This document shows positions 51,228-61,412 of a stretch of 64,000 bases of DNA, in pieces. A model generated the notes under the pieces. It searched no databases. It was not told the DNA's origin and saw only the letters and a list, made by a program, of their open reading frames with translations. This DNA comes from an uncultured Gemmatimonadales bacterium (GTDB taxonomy: Bacteria > Gemmatimonadota > Gemmatimonadetes > Longimicrobiales > RSA9), in the NCBI GenBank assembly GCA_963708135.1, contig OY970192.1, positions 3,744,001 to 3,808,000 of the forward strand, read 5' to 3'. Numbering within the stretch: position 1 is the first letter of the stretch; each line of letters begins with the position of its first letter. A program made the translations under genes and the position numbers.

Positions 51228-52445
51228 TCAGCCGTCGTGCAGGAGCAGCCAGGCGACGAGGGCGGCGATCAGGATGCTCGCGCCCAGCCCCGACCACTTG
51301 AGCGTCTGCCAGCCACGCCCGGAGGTCGACCGGGAGCGGGTCCGGCGGATCCCGCCGGCCGTGAGGTCGTACGCCCAGGCGAGGATCACGGCTACCGGCA
51401 GGCCGGCGAGCGTCGTCGCCACGGTGAGCTTGTAGGACCAGTGCGGCAGGTCGAAGGCCTCGAAGACGGTCTGGGCGCCCCCGAGCACCGCCAGCGCGAC
51501 CGCGGTGTACCCGGCGAGCACCTGGTACACCCTGCGGCGCTTGAGCTCGCTCAGGAAGACGGCGAGGGCGCCCTCCGGCGCGGCGGCTCCGCCGGCGGCC
51601 GGCGCACCCCGGAGCGCCTCGGCGATCTCGCGCGCCTGCGGACGCCGCTGCGGCTCCTTGGCGAGACAGCTCTCGATCAGCGCCGCTAGGCGCGGCTCCA
51701 CCTCGGGACGCAGCTCGCGGAGCGGGCGCGGCTCCTGCTGAAGGTGGGCGCTGAGCACCTCCGCGGCGGTGCGGGCCTCGTACGGTCCGCGCCCGGTCAG
51801 CACTTCGTACGCCACGATGCCGAACGCGTAGACGTCGCTCTGCGCGGTCACCGGCTCGCCGCGGATCTGCTCCGGGCTCATGTGCGACGGCTCCCCCATC
51901 CGCACGCCGCCCATGGTCAGCCGCGTCACCGAGCTCGCGCCGGTCTCGAGCAGGGCCGCGATGCCGAAATCGGCGAGCACCGCGCGCCCGGTCCGGTTCT
52001 CGAGGAAGACGTTGTCGAGGCGCACGTCCCGGTGCACGATCCCGCGCTCGTGCGCCGCCGCCAGCGCCGAGGCCACGCCGGCGAGGAGGGTGCGCGCCTC
52101 CGACAGCTCCAGCGCGCCCCGGGCTTCCACGACGTCGCGAATCGTGCGCCCGTCCACGTACTCCAGCACGATGTAGGGGATGTCGTTTGAGAGCCGGCCG
52201 ATGCGGTGGATCACCGTCACGTTCGGATGGGAGATGCGCGCCGCCGACTGCGCCTCCCGCTCGAACCGCTTGCGGGCGACGGGGTCCGCCGCGAGCTGCG
52301 AGCGCAGCACCTTCACGGCCACGAGCCGCTGCAGCGCGGACTCGCGCGCCAGGTACACCTCGGCCGTCGAGCCGCTGCCGAGCGGGCGCAGCAGCTCGAG
52401 CTCGGGCTGGAGCTCCGAAGTCAGGAGATCCTGGACCGTCAACAC
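51228..52445 (-). CDS. Ser/Thr kinase with a C-terminal 3-TM 'ELKRR' membrane module
   Basis: LGSGSTAEV, VAVK, HRDVRLDN, DFG, MSPEQ, SDVY; then ELKRRRVYQV...LPHW...LAWAYDLT. Confidence 0.85.
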   Translation of the reverse strand: MLTVQDLLTSELQPELELLRPLGSGSTAEVYLARESALQRLVAVKVLRSQLAADPVARKRFEREAQSAARISHPNVTVIHRIGRLSNDIPYIVLEYVDGRTIRDVVEARGALELSEARTLLAGVASALAAAHERGIVHRDVRLDNVFLENRTGRAVLADFGIAALLETGASSVTRLTMGGVRMGEPSHMSPEQIRGEPVTAQSDVYAFGIVAYEVLTGRGPYEARTAAEVLSAHLQQEPRPLRELRPEVEPRLAALIESCLAKEPQRRPQAREIAEALRGAPAAGGAAAPEGALAVFLSELKRRRVYQVLAGYTAVALAVLGGAQTVFEAFDLPHWSYKLTVATTLAGLPVAVILAWAYDLTAGGIRRTRSRSTSGRGWQTLKWSGLGASILIAALVAWLLLHDG

Positions 52446-52448
52446 GGG

Positions 52449-53492
52449 CTACTTCACTCCCCTGTCCGCGCGGAACTGGCGGCACTCGATGGACTCGAGC
52501 GTGCGCGCCTTCTCCGTCTGGATCACGAAGTCGCCCCACTGCCCCGAAGGCGCGGCCTCGAACGCGTTCACGTCGTCCACCGGCCGGAGCGACACGATGA
52601 TGGCGCGGGCGTCGGGGAGGTAGGCCTTCAGCTGCTCCGGGATGCCGGTGCCCCGCTCGACGTGGAAGCCGCCCACCATGTGCAGCACGAGGCCGTCCTT
52701 GTGGGCCTTCAGGTACTCGGCGATCGAATGCGCCATGGTGGCGTCCCACAGCACCTGGCTGTCCAGCTGGTTGCCCATCTCGCCGTGACTGCCCACCGGG
52801 GCCGCGGCATGCGCCACCGGCACGCCGCACTTCATCCCTTCCTGCTGCATCACCTCCGAGATCGTGGCGATCCACTGGTCCCGGTAGGCCGGGGAGGCCG
52901 TGCCGTACGGCAGCGGCGGGAGGTAGCCCCGCGCCTCCGGGCCGAGCTGGCCGAGCGCGTCGCGCCCGTGCCGCGCGACCATCGTGACGTAGCGCCTCGG
53001 CGCGTTCGCCGCGATCACCGGCAGGTGGTGCTCCTTCGCGAGCTCGACCAGCGGCCGGTAGTCGGTCCGGTAGCGCGTCCACGGCCGGCTGTCGGCCAGG
53101 AACGACGACTCCGGGATCAGCCCGGCCAGGTACTCGTCGAGCGGAAGCTGCACGTCTCTCTCGAAGAACTCGAGCGAGAGGGCGAGCGGGCGCGTGCCGC
53201 CGCCGCCCTGCGCCGGCGCAGCGTACACCTCCGTGGCGCGCCGGAGCAGCTCGAGCTCGAGCATGTGCCCTGTCGGATCGTCGTGAGTCTCGCCCACGAA
53301 GACCACCTGGACGCCGCCCATCGCCGCCACAATGTCGTCCATCGACGCGGGCCGCCCGGCACCCGTGAAGATGCGGTACGCCCCCGGCGTGTACGCCGTG
53401 TCGGTGGCGGGGGTCGAGGGGTTCTGCGCCCGGACGGGGGCGGCGCCCGCCGGCAGGAGCGCCAGCGCGGCGAGGATCGGATGGCTTCTCAT
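52449..53492 (-). CDS. ChaN-family (haem-uptake-like) exported protein
   Basis: Signal peptide; VFVGETHDD, LEFFERDVQ, AANAPR, WDATMA, GGFHVE. Confidence 0.82.
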   Translation of the reverse strand: MRSHPILAALALLPAGAAPVRAQNPSTPATDTAYTPGAYRIFTGAGRPASMDDIVAAMGGVQVVFVGETHDDPTGHMLELELLRRATEVYAAPAQGGGGTRPLALSLEFFERDVQLPLDEYLAGLIPESSFLADSRPWTRYRTDYRPLVELAKEHHLPVIAANAPRRYVTMVARHGRDALGQLGPEARGYLPPLPYGTASPAYRDQWIATISEVMQQEGMKCGVPVAHAAAPVGSHGEMGNQLDSQVLWDATMAHSIAEYLKAHKDGLVLHMVGGFHVERGTGIPEQLKAYLPDARAIIVSLRPVDDVNAFEAAPSGQWGDFVIQTEKARTLESIECRQFRADRGVK

Positions 53493-54504
53493 GGCATCAT
53501 GATACCACAGGCGGGCGCGGGCGGGAACCGGCGCCTTCATCCCAGCCCCTCTTCGATGATCGTCTCGCGCGCGACCTCCTCGACGAGCGGCTCCGGCTCC
53601 ACGATGTGGCGGCGGCGCCAGCGGCCGCGGCGGAACCAGGCGGCGGCGATGAGCGCGGCGGCGACGTTGGACGCAGGGAACGACCAGTAGAGCCCGTCCT
53701 GCGCGAGCGCCGTGCGCTCGGACAGGAGCCACGCCAGCGGGAAGCGGAGCACCCAGAGGGAGACGATCGCGAGGATCATGGCCGCTACGGTGTCGCCTGC
53801 TCCGCGGAACGCGCCGCCGAGCACCTGCTGCACGCCGAGGAAGCCGAAGCTGAGCGCCATGATGCGGATGAAGCGGGCGCCGCTGTCGATCACCTGCGGA
53901 TCGCCGGGGATGAAGAGGGCGGTCACGGGGCGCGCGAGCAGGAAGAGCGCGACGCCCGCGGCGCCGAGAGCCCGAGCGCGCGCACGGACTGCTCGACGGA
54001 GGCCGGCACGCCGAGGTAGAGGATGCGCCGGATCAGCGGCAGGTCGGGCAGGAGATCGCCCCTGCGCAGGTGGATGCCGTAGCGGCCGCTGAAGAGGAGC
54101 AGCACGCCGATGACGGCGGCCAGGCCCTGCGACCCGATCGTCGCCCACGCCGCGCCCGCCACGCCGAGCCGCGGCACGGGCCCGAGGCCGAGGATGAAGA
54201 GCGGATCGAGCCCGAAGTTCAGCACCACCGTGAACGCGACCACGTAGAGCGGCGTGCGCACGTCGCCCACCCCGCGCATGAGCGACTGGAAGACGAAGTA
54301 CGCGAAGACGAAGACCAGCCCGACGAACGAGATCTGCATGTAGGCCACGGCCTCGCGCATGACCACGGGCGTGGCGCCGAACAGCCGCACGAGCGGGGCG
54401 GAGAGGGCATAGCCGAGGATGGACAGCAGCACCGGGATGGCGACGACGGCGCCGAGCGTCTGCGCCGCGACGTGGTCCACCCGCTCCGTGTCGCCGGCGC
54501 CCTA

Positions 54505-55710
54505 GTACCGCGCCACAGTGGTCATGATGCGTAAAGGCGGTGGAGCTTGGATCGCGCATCGGAGACAGTGAAACGCCAGGTGGTGGGAGCTCGGACGGCG
54601 TTGCGGGGGGTCTCCCAGGCGAGGGTCTCGGCCCGCAGCCGGTTGACGTTGTCAAGGCGGCGGTGCAGGCACTGGCGACCGAGGATCGAGATCTCGATTT
54701 CGGCCATGTTGAGCCAGCTCCCGTGCTTGGGCGTGTAATGGAACTCGAGCTTGCGCAGGATACGGCGCGCTTCGGCGGCCTCGAAGGTCTCGTACAGGGC
54801 TGCGCCCGTGTGGCTGCTCAGGTTGTCGAGCACGACGCGGATCTTGTCGGCGTCCGCGCAATGCACGTCGACCAGTGCGCGCATCTGCTGGGCGAAGTCC
54901 GCATTCGTGCGACGGGCGGTGACGTCCACATGCCGCCAGCCTCGCAGCGGCTCCACGAGCAGGAAGAGGTTGGCGGTCCCGCGGCGCACGTACTCGTAGT
55001 CGACGCGTTGGCGCCGACCCGGAGCGGCCGGCACCGGCAGGCGGGTTTCCCCGATGAGCTGGTAGGGCACTTCATCGAAGCACACCACCGGGCGCCGGGG
55101 GTCGTAGGGCTCCTGGTAGAGGTCGAGCACGTCCTCCATGCGGCAGACGAAGTCCCAACTCACCGTCGGGATGCACCACGCTTCCTTCTGCCAGGGCTTC
55201 AGGTCGTTTTTTTTAGAAGCCGTCGGACCGTCTCGTCCGTGATCGCGTCCACCACACGCAACTCGATCAGCTTGTCGGCCAGGAGCTGCATGGTCCAGCG
55301 CACGCGCCCCTCCGGAGGCGCGCTGCACGCCAGCGCGACCAGGAAGGCTTCCTGCTTGCCGTCCAGCAGCCGGGCTTTGCCCGGCCGAGGCCGATCGTTG
55401 AGCGCCCGCTCCAAACCGCCCTCGACGAAGCGCAGCCGCGTGCGCTCCACCGTGCACTTCCCCAGGTGCAGCGCGGCCGCAATCGCCTTGTCGGTCACGC
55501 CCTCGTCGGCCAGCAACAGGATGCGCGCGCGGTTCACCCGGCGCACCCGCGCCTTGCCGCCCTGGAGCAGGCGCTTGAGTTCGGCCCGCTCGTCGTCCGT
55601 GAGGTCCACGATATACTTCTTGGCCATCTGCCCTCCTCGCTGGGGGTCCGACAAATGGGCCAACAATATAGCACGGAACTTTAGTCCTCACAATCATGAT
55701 GGCTGAGTAC
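54505..55710 (-). mobile_element. IS630-family insertion sequence (~1.2 kb)
   Basis: Imperfect ~30-bp terminal inverted repeats starting GTAC...GCCA; flanking TA at 54503-54504 and 55711-55712, with CTAG at both junctions. Confidence 0.9.
54522..55627 (-). CDS. IS630 transposase, two ORFs joined by a -1 frameshift at ~55210
   Basis: OrfA MAKKYIVDL...DRPRPG...RWTMQLLA HTH; A8 run; OrfB LKPW...CFDE...LDNLSSH...HYTPKHGSWLNMAEIE (DDE). Confidence 0.93.
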
Positions 55711-55864
55711 TAGTACTGCGCGACCAGGATCGCGCCCGCCACGGCCAGCGATCGGCCCGCTCGTGTAGTCGCGCCGGGCGGCGCCGCGGCGGGGCGGCGA
55801 CGGCGCGCCCCCACCCACCCCCGTCGGATCGCTCGGGGTCTCGCTCATGCGGCCCGCCGCCTCC

Positions 55865-57025
55865 TCATCCCAGCAGCCCCCGCGCCAGGTACGCGATCGC
55901 GATGCCGGCGTAGTTGCCGAGCGCGTTGCCCAGCATCCCCACGGCCACGCCGGGCAGGATCAGCTCCGTGCGCCGGCGCGCGCCGGCCAGCGCCATGGCG
56001 GTCGTCGATCCGCCCACGTTGGCCTGGGACGCGACGGCGAGCACGTCGCCATCGATGCGCAGGGCGAAGCCGATGCCGAAGATGACGAGCCCGTGGATCG
56101 CCACCGTCCCCGCCGCGAACCAGAAGATCGCCGGCCCCACCTGCACAATGTGCGCGATCACGGACTTCGCGCCGTTACTGGCCAGGAAGAGGAGGAGCAG
56201 GAAGTTGCCGATGACGACGCCGCCGGAGAGCCGGCGGATGAGCGGGAGCTGCGCCATCAGCAGCACCACGCTCGTCAGCCAGATGAGCTTCGGCACCGCG
56301 GGCACGAGCGAGGCGAGGATGTCGGAGAGCCACATGATGCCGAGCGTCAGGCTGGCCAGCCCGGCGAAGTCGGTGAGCCTGAGCGCCACCCCGCTGCTCT
56401 GAAGCTGCGCGTCCAGGGCGAACGGGTCGGGCGCCGGCTCGGCGGCTACCGGCGCCGCGAAGGCGGAGCGGGCGCGGTCCGCCGGTCGCCCCCGCCGCGC
56501 GAAGAGCTCCGGGATCACGAGGCACGCCACGAGCCAGACGGCCGTGACGATGACGTCGGCCGCGATGCCGGCGGTGAACAGGTCGCTGCGCGTGCCGAGC
56601 TGCTGGCCGACGGCGGCGAAGTTCATCCCCCCGCCGATGTAGGTGGCCGCGAACTGGCCGGACAGCTTCCAGGCGTCGGGACCGATGCCCGCCATGACCG
56701 CGTACGCCATGATCACCGCGCCCAGCGCCGAGCCCACGGCGCCGATGCCGAACGCGGCCAGCATCGGCGCTCCCGCTTCCCGGATCGAGGACAGGCTGAC
56801 GCTCAGCAGGATCAGGATGATCCCCGCGATCACGGCCCGGCCCAGCATGAAGTCGTAGACCGGCGACTCGCCGGGGATCACGCCGAGGTTCGACAGCGTG
56901 AGCGCGAGCAGGATCGCCGTGGCCGCCGCCCCGATCTTCCGGAACGGCGCCACGTGCGCCTCGAGCCAGAGCGCGGCCAACACCACGGCCGCGAGCGCGA
57001 AGAGCACCAGGACCGGGTTCATCAC
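55865..57025 (-). CDS. DUF819 family membrane protein
   Basis: LSNLGVIP, ATYIGGGMNFAAV, VASQANVGGSTTA, GNALGNY. Confidence 0.85.
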   Translation of the reverse strand: MMNPVLVLFALAAVVLAALWLEAHVAPFRKIGAAATAILLALTLSNLGVIPGESPVYDFMLGRAVIAGIILILLSVSLSSIREAGAPMLAAFGIGAVGSALGAVIMAYAVMAGIGPDAWKLSGQFAATYIGGGMNFAAVGQQLGTRSDLFTAGIAADVIVTAVWLVACLVIPELFARRGRPADRARSAFAAPVAAEPAPDPFALDAQLQSSGVALRLTDFAGLASLTLGIMWLSDILASLVPAVPKLIWLTSVVLLMAQLPLIRRLSGGVVIGNFLLLLFLASNGAKSVIAHIVQVGPAIFWFAAGTVAIHGLVIFGIGFALRIDGDVLAVASQANVGGSTTAMALAGARRRTELILPGVAVGMLGNALGNYAGIAIAYLARGLLG

Positions 57026-57125
57026 GGCGCCCTCACCCGGAGGCCCCGAACCCCGAGTCCCGAGCCCCGAGCCCCGTGGCCCGGCCGCCGCATCCCGCGT
57101 CCCGCATCTCGCGGCCCCTTCCCAC

Positions 57126-58163
57126 TCAGTACCCGCGCGCCGGGTCGAGCCGGTTCAGCAGCGGCTCGCCGGCCAGGAAGAGGCGCAGGTTACGGCAGAA
57201 GAGGTCCGTGATGCGCTCGTTCTCGCGAACCGAGGTGCTCGCCGAGTGCGGGCTCACGATCACGTTCTCCATCTCCCAGAGCGGGCTCTCCGGCGGCAGC
57301 GGCTCCTCCTCGAACACGTCCAGCCCCGCGCCGAGCAGCGTCCCGGAGCGGAGCGCCGCGACGAGGGCCGCCTCATCGACCAGCGCGCCGCGGCCGATGT
57401 TCACGAGCACCGCGCCGGCCGGGAGCAGCGCCAGCTCGGCCGCGCCGATCATGTGCTCCGTCTCCGGCGTGTGCGGCGCGATCAGCACGAGGTTCTCGGC
57501 CTCGGCCAGCACGTCGCGAAGCCGCGCCGGCCCGTGGAGGGCATCCAGGTGCAGGTCGGCCGGCCGCGCCCCCGCCGGCGAGCGCTTCACGCCGACGACG
57601 CGCATGCCGAACGCCTGCCCGATGCGCGCGACCTCCGTCCCCACCCGCCCCATCCCCACGATCACGAGGGTCCGGTCCTGGAGGTCGGCCCCGGCGAAGC
57701 GCTCCCAGTGCCGACGCCGCTGCTCGCCCAGCATGCGGAGCAGGCCCTTGTGGAACGCGGCCATCACCATGAAGCAGAACTCCGCGAGCGGGCGGGCGTG
57801 CACCCCGCTCGCGGTCGTGATCACCGTGTTCGGCATCGATTCGGCGTACCCCATCCGCCGGACGAGCTCGCCGATGCCCGCGCTCGTCGCCTGGATCCAC
57901 TCGAGCCGCGGCGCGAGCGAGGGCAGCGCGCGCGCGTTCGCGCGGTCGAAGTCGAAGAGGATCTCCGCGCGCGCGAGCAGCCGCCGCCACTCCGCCTCCG
58001 CTTCCGGCGCGCGCGTGACATCGCTACCGCGGTGGTCCGCCGGATACCTGGGCGGCGCCAGCAGCTCCGGGGCGTAGAGCACCTCGAGGCGCGGATCCAC
58101 GCGGCGGATCCGCTCGACGAGCTCGGGCTCGAGGTAGCTGGCAAAGAGGATGGTCCGGGGCAT
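57126..58163 (-). CDS. D-2-hydroxyacid dehydrogenase
   Basis: GMGRVG, PHTPET, VNIGRG, LDVFEEEPLP, SPH. Confidence 0.92.
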   Translation of the reverse strand: MPRTILFASYLEPELVERIRRVDPRLEVLYAPELLAPPRYPADHRGSDVTRAPEAEAEWRRLLARAEILFDFDRANARALPSLAPRLEWIQATSAGIGELVRRMGYAESMPNTVITTASGVHARPLAEFCFMVMAAFHKGLLRMLGEQRRRHWERFAGADLQDRTLVIVGMGRVGTEVARIGQAFGMRVVGVKRSPAGARPADLHLDALHGPARLRDVLAEAENLVLIAPHTPETEHMIGAAELALLPAGAVLVNIGRGALVDEAALVAALRSGTLLGAGLDVFEEEPLPPESPLWEMENVIVSPHSASTSVRENERITDLFCRNLRLFLAGEPLLNRLDPARGY

Positions 58164-58325
58164 CGGCGTGGCAAGATACCCGCTCGGCGCGGCCGGCGCA
58201 TGCCGCTCGGCGTCGGCGCGCGCCGGAGCCGCGGGTCGGAGAAGGTTGCGTGGCGCGCTCGTCGCCGAACATCTTGGCCGCTCGCGCCCCCGCGCGAGCT
58301 CCCCCTGCACGCGAGGTCCCTGCCC

Positions 58326-59104
58326 ATGCGCGCCACATCCGCTCTCGCGCTCCTGCTCCTGCTCGCCGCTCCGCCCCTTGCCGGCCAGGACGCGATCCAC
58401 GCCGATCCGGACTCCACGCGGCTGATCACGAGCGACATCCCGCGCTTCTGGGCCGTGTTCGACCGCGCCACGCTGCGCGACGGCGGCGCGCTGTTCCAGC
58501 ACGCGTACATCGAGGGCGGCAGCCCGGGGCTCCGCGGCTTCCTGGAAGGCCGGATCGTCGCCGGACGGTTTCTCGCGGCCACCGTCGCCTCGCGGCCCCG
58601 CTATTACGCGGCCATCCGGGCGAGCACTCTGGCGCTGGACACCTCGCGGGCGGTGAAGGCGGAGATCCGCAGTCGGTCACGGGCCGCATCCGCGACGTGC
58701 CGCTCATCGTGGCGCACGAGCTCATGCACTGGCAGCAGCCCGCGGAGCCCGAGCACGAGACGCTCCTCGCCCACGCGCTGCGCGAGGGCGGCGCCGACTT
58801 CGTGGCCGAGCTCGTGTCCGGCGGGACGGTGAACCGCGTGCAGCGCGCCTACGGCGATGCGCACCAGGACGCGCTGTGGCAGGAGTTCACGAAGGACATG
58901 GGCGGAACCGACTACAGCCACTGGCTCTACAACGGCAGCAGCGCACGCGACCGGCCCGCCGACCTCGGCTACTACGAGGGCTACCGCATCGCGAAGGCGC
59001 TCTACGACCGCAGCGCCGACAAGCACGCCGCCCTCGTCCGCATCCTGCGCCGGCGGGATGCCGCCGCGATCCTGCGCGACAGCGGCTACGACGGGCGAAA
59101 ATGA
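58326..59104 (+). pseudogene. Secreted Zn-metalloprotease-like protein (DUF2268-type) with a frameshift and probable deletion near 58670
   Basis: Signal + TSDIPRFW..GSPGL in one frame; AHELMH..EGGADF..WLYNG..DLGYYEGY in another. Confidence 0.72.
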
Positions 59105-59164
59105 GGTCGCGCCGCGGCTGGACCCGCACCAGCGCCGCGAGCGGGCGCCAGCCGCGCCCGCGGC

Positions 59165-61273
59165 CTACCGCTGCCGCAGCGCCAGCGCGGCGTCGCGCAG
59201 CGCGGCCGTCGCCTCGTCGAAGCGCGCGGCCAGGTCGGCCAGCTCGCGGGCGGTCCTCGCCTGGTCGCCGGCGCGGACCGCCTCGCTCACCGGGGGGAAG
59301 ACCATGTTCGCGTAGCCGTTGTCCTCGTCCGCCACGTAGATGAGGTTCCGGTACCAGGAACGACCCACGAGCCCCGCCGGTCGGGTGAGCGCCCGCTCGA
59401 CCAGGAGCAGCGCCTCGTTGGTGCGCTTCAGCACCGGCGCCGCCGGCGCCGCGGCGCCCGCCAGGGCCGAATCCCTCGCCGCCGTGAACGCGCGCGCGCC
59501 TTGCTCCATCCGGCCGATGGCCGCCGCCAGCGATTTCGTGTCCAGCGGCCAGCTCCGCGCCGAGAAGGCGCTGTCCAGCGCGGGCAGGTAGCCGCGCATC
59601 GTCGTCGCGTACTCCACGTAGTCGTACGGCAACACGTCGGCGTTGGCCAGCCGCAGCGCCATGGCCGCGCCGAGCTCCGCGGCCGCGACGTGGTGGCGGT
59701 ACCCCGGGTCGCCGAAACGGGCCATCCACGCCGGGTCGTCGTACTGCGAGTGGTAGATCCCCTGCGCGCCGCCGAAGCCCCACTCGAGGATCGGGATGCC
59801 CAGGTGATTGTAGAAGCCCGCGTAGTCGGAGCCGCCGCCCGGGTCGCCCATGGGCGGCAGCGCGCCGGGCGCCAGACGGGACTGAGCGCGCCAGGCCTCC
59901 CAGAGACTCCCCGTCGTGTCCGGCGCCGGCACCTCCTCCGCCGCCGAGCGGAGTACCGCCCGCAGCGAGGGCGAGCCGCCCGCGCCGAAGCGCGGCCCGG
60001 ACGCGATCATGTCCTGGTTCAGGTAGGCGATGCCGCCCTTCTCGAGCCGCAGCGAATCGTCCTCCACGTACTCGACCGAGCCCACGAGGCCCCACTCCTC
60101 GGCGTCCCAGGTGGCGAAGAGGAGCGTCCGCTTCGGCCGCTTGCCCGCCTTCAGCTGCTCCGCCACCGCGCGCGCGATCTCCATCACGCTGACCGAGCCG
60201 CTCACGTTGTCGTCGGTGCCGGGACCCCAGGCGTCCCGGTGCCCGCCGACCACGATGACCTCGTCCGGGAACTCGCTGCCGCGCACGATGCCGAAGGTGT
60301 CCCAGAGGTCCTTGTAGGCGTGCGTGGCCGCGTCCGTCTTCACCTCCACGCGCGCCACCACCGGGCCCGGGCCGACGTGGTAGCGGAACGGCAGCCCTCC
60401 CTGCCAGGCCGCCGGGATGGCCGTGCCGCGTACCCCCTCGAGCAGCTTCGCGGCGTTGCCGTAGGAGAGCGGGACGACCGGGATCTGCGGCATGAGCGAG
60501 TCGGGATCGATCCGGCGCGCCCCCTTCGTGCTCGGGTAGCCCGGCGTGCTCGGGTCCCCGTCCACGTTCAGGATGCTGCCGCGCTGCACGCCGGACGGCG
60601 GGCGCATTGGCCCCTCGGGGTAGACGTCGCCGCGCGCATAGCCGTCGTCGGCCGGGTCGCTGTAGATGAAGAGCGCCGCCGCGCCGTGCTTCTCCGCCTC
60701 ACGGGCCTTGATGCCGCGGAACGAGCGGCCGTAGCGCGCCACCGCGATCTTGCCGCGCACCGAGACGCCCAGGGAGTCGAGCCTGGCGTAGTCCTCGATC
60801 AGCCCGTAGTTCACGTAGACGACGGGGGCGGTCACGTCCCCGGCCGCGCTGCTCCCGTTCACCGTCGGGTACTGCGCCTTCGCGCTCACCGCGTCGCCGG
60901 GCACCGCCGGCTCCGCCAGCGAGAGCTCCTCCGGATCCGGGCTGACGCGCCACGCGTGCACCTCCGTGGCGTGCGGCAGGTAGACGTTGTAGGTGCGTAC
61001 CTCCGTGGGCAGCCCCCACGACTTCATGCGGCCGATCACGTAGTCGCGGGTGCGTGCCTGCGCCGGCGTGCCGGCCACGTGCGTCTCGCTGCTGAGCGCC
61101 ACCGAGTGGGCGCGCGCGTCGGCCGTGTCCGGCCGCGTCACGGCATCGGCCTCGAGGGCGCGCTCGCGGGCGGAGCCGGCTGCCGTATAGCCGGGGAGCT
61201 GCTGCGCCGCGAGCGGCAGCGCACACAGGCAGAGAGCCGCCAGGGCGACCGGCAGGGCACGGTGAATCATCAT
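59165..61273 (-). CDS. Secreted M28 peptidase (glutamate carboxypeptidase II-like; PA + TfR-dimer domains)
   Basis: HVAGT, YVNYG, RYGRSFRG, GDPSTPG, GHRDAW, DDNVSG, WDAEEWG, GGSD, YHSQYD. Confidence 0.92.
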   Translation of the reverse strand: MMIHRALPVALAALCLCALPLAAQQLPGYTAAGSARERALEADAVTRPDTADARAHSVALSSETHVAGTPAQARTRDYVIGRMKSWGLPTEVRTYNVYLPHATEVHAWRVSPDPEELSLAEPAVPGDAVSAKAQYPTVNGSSAAGDVTAPVVYVNYGLIEDYARLDSLGVSVRGKIAVARYGRSFRGIKAREAEKHGAAALFIYSDPADDGYARGDVYPEGPMRPPSGVQRGSILNVDGDPSTPGYPSTKGARRIDPDSLMPQIPVVPLSYGNAAKLLEGVRGTAIPAAWQGGLPFRYHVGPGPVVARVEVKTDAATHAYKDLWDTFGIVRGSEFPDEVIVVGGHRDAWGPGTDDNVSGSVSVMEIARAVAEQLKAGKRPKRTLLFATWDAEEWGLVGSVEYVEDDSLRLEKGGIAYLNQDMIASGPRFGAGGSPSLRAVLRSAAEEVPAPDTTGSLWEAWRAQSRLAPGALPPMGDPGGGSDYAGFYNHLGIPILEWGFGGAQGIYHSQYDDPAWMARFGDPGYRHHVAAAELGAAMALRLANADVLPYDYVEYATTMRGYLPALDSAFSARSWPLDTKSLAAAIGRMEQGARAFTAARDSALAGAAAPAAPVLKRTNEALLLVERALTRPAGLVGRSWYRNLIYVADEDNGYANMVFPPVSEAVRAGDQARTARELADLAARFDEATAALRDAALALRQR

Positions 61274-61412
61274 CGAAAGTTTCCGCGTAGGGGGAGAGCC
61301 GGACGGGAAGATAGGACGGGGCGGCCGGGCCGGACAACCCGGGAGCGGAACCGCTCGTGGGATCCGCCGCGCGCCTCGGCGGTATAAGCAGGTACACTCC
61401 ACGGAGACGACC

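Larger units (their letters stand above)
53537..55848 (-). pseudogene. MATE transporter pseudogene (IS630 insertion, in-frame stop, at least two internal deletions)
   Basis: Fragments: MSE...RDYTSGPI | LAVAGAILVAQY* [IS] GAGD...MRGVGDVRTPL...NFGLDPLFI...SVRALG | GAFRGAGDT...FRRGRW. Confidence 0.85.

Noticed and set aside
57043..57112. Short heptamer repeats (CCCCGAG x4-5; CATCCCG-like x3)
   Set aside because: Real but very short intergenic microsatellites with no evidence of function.
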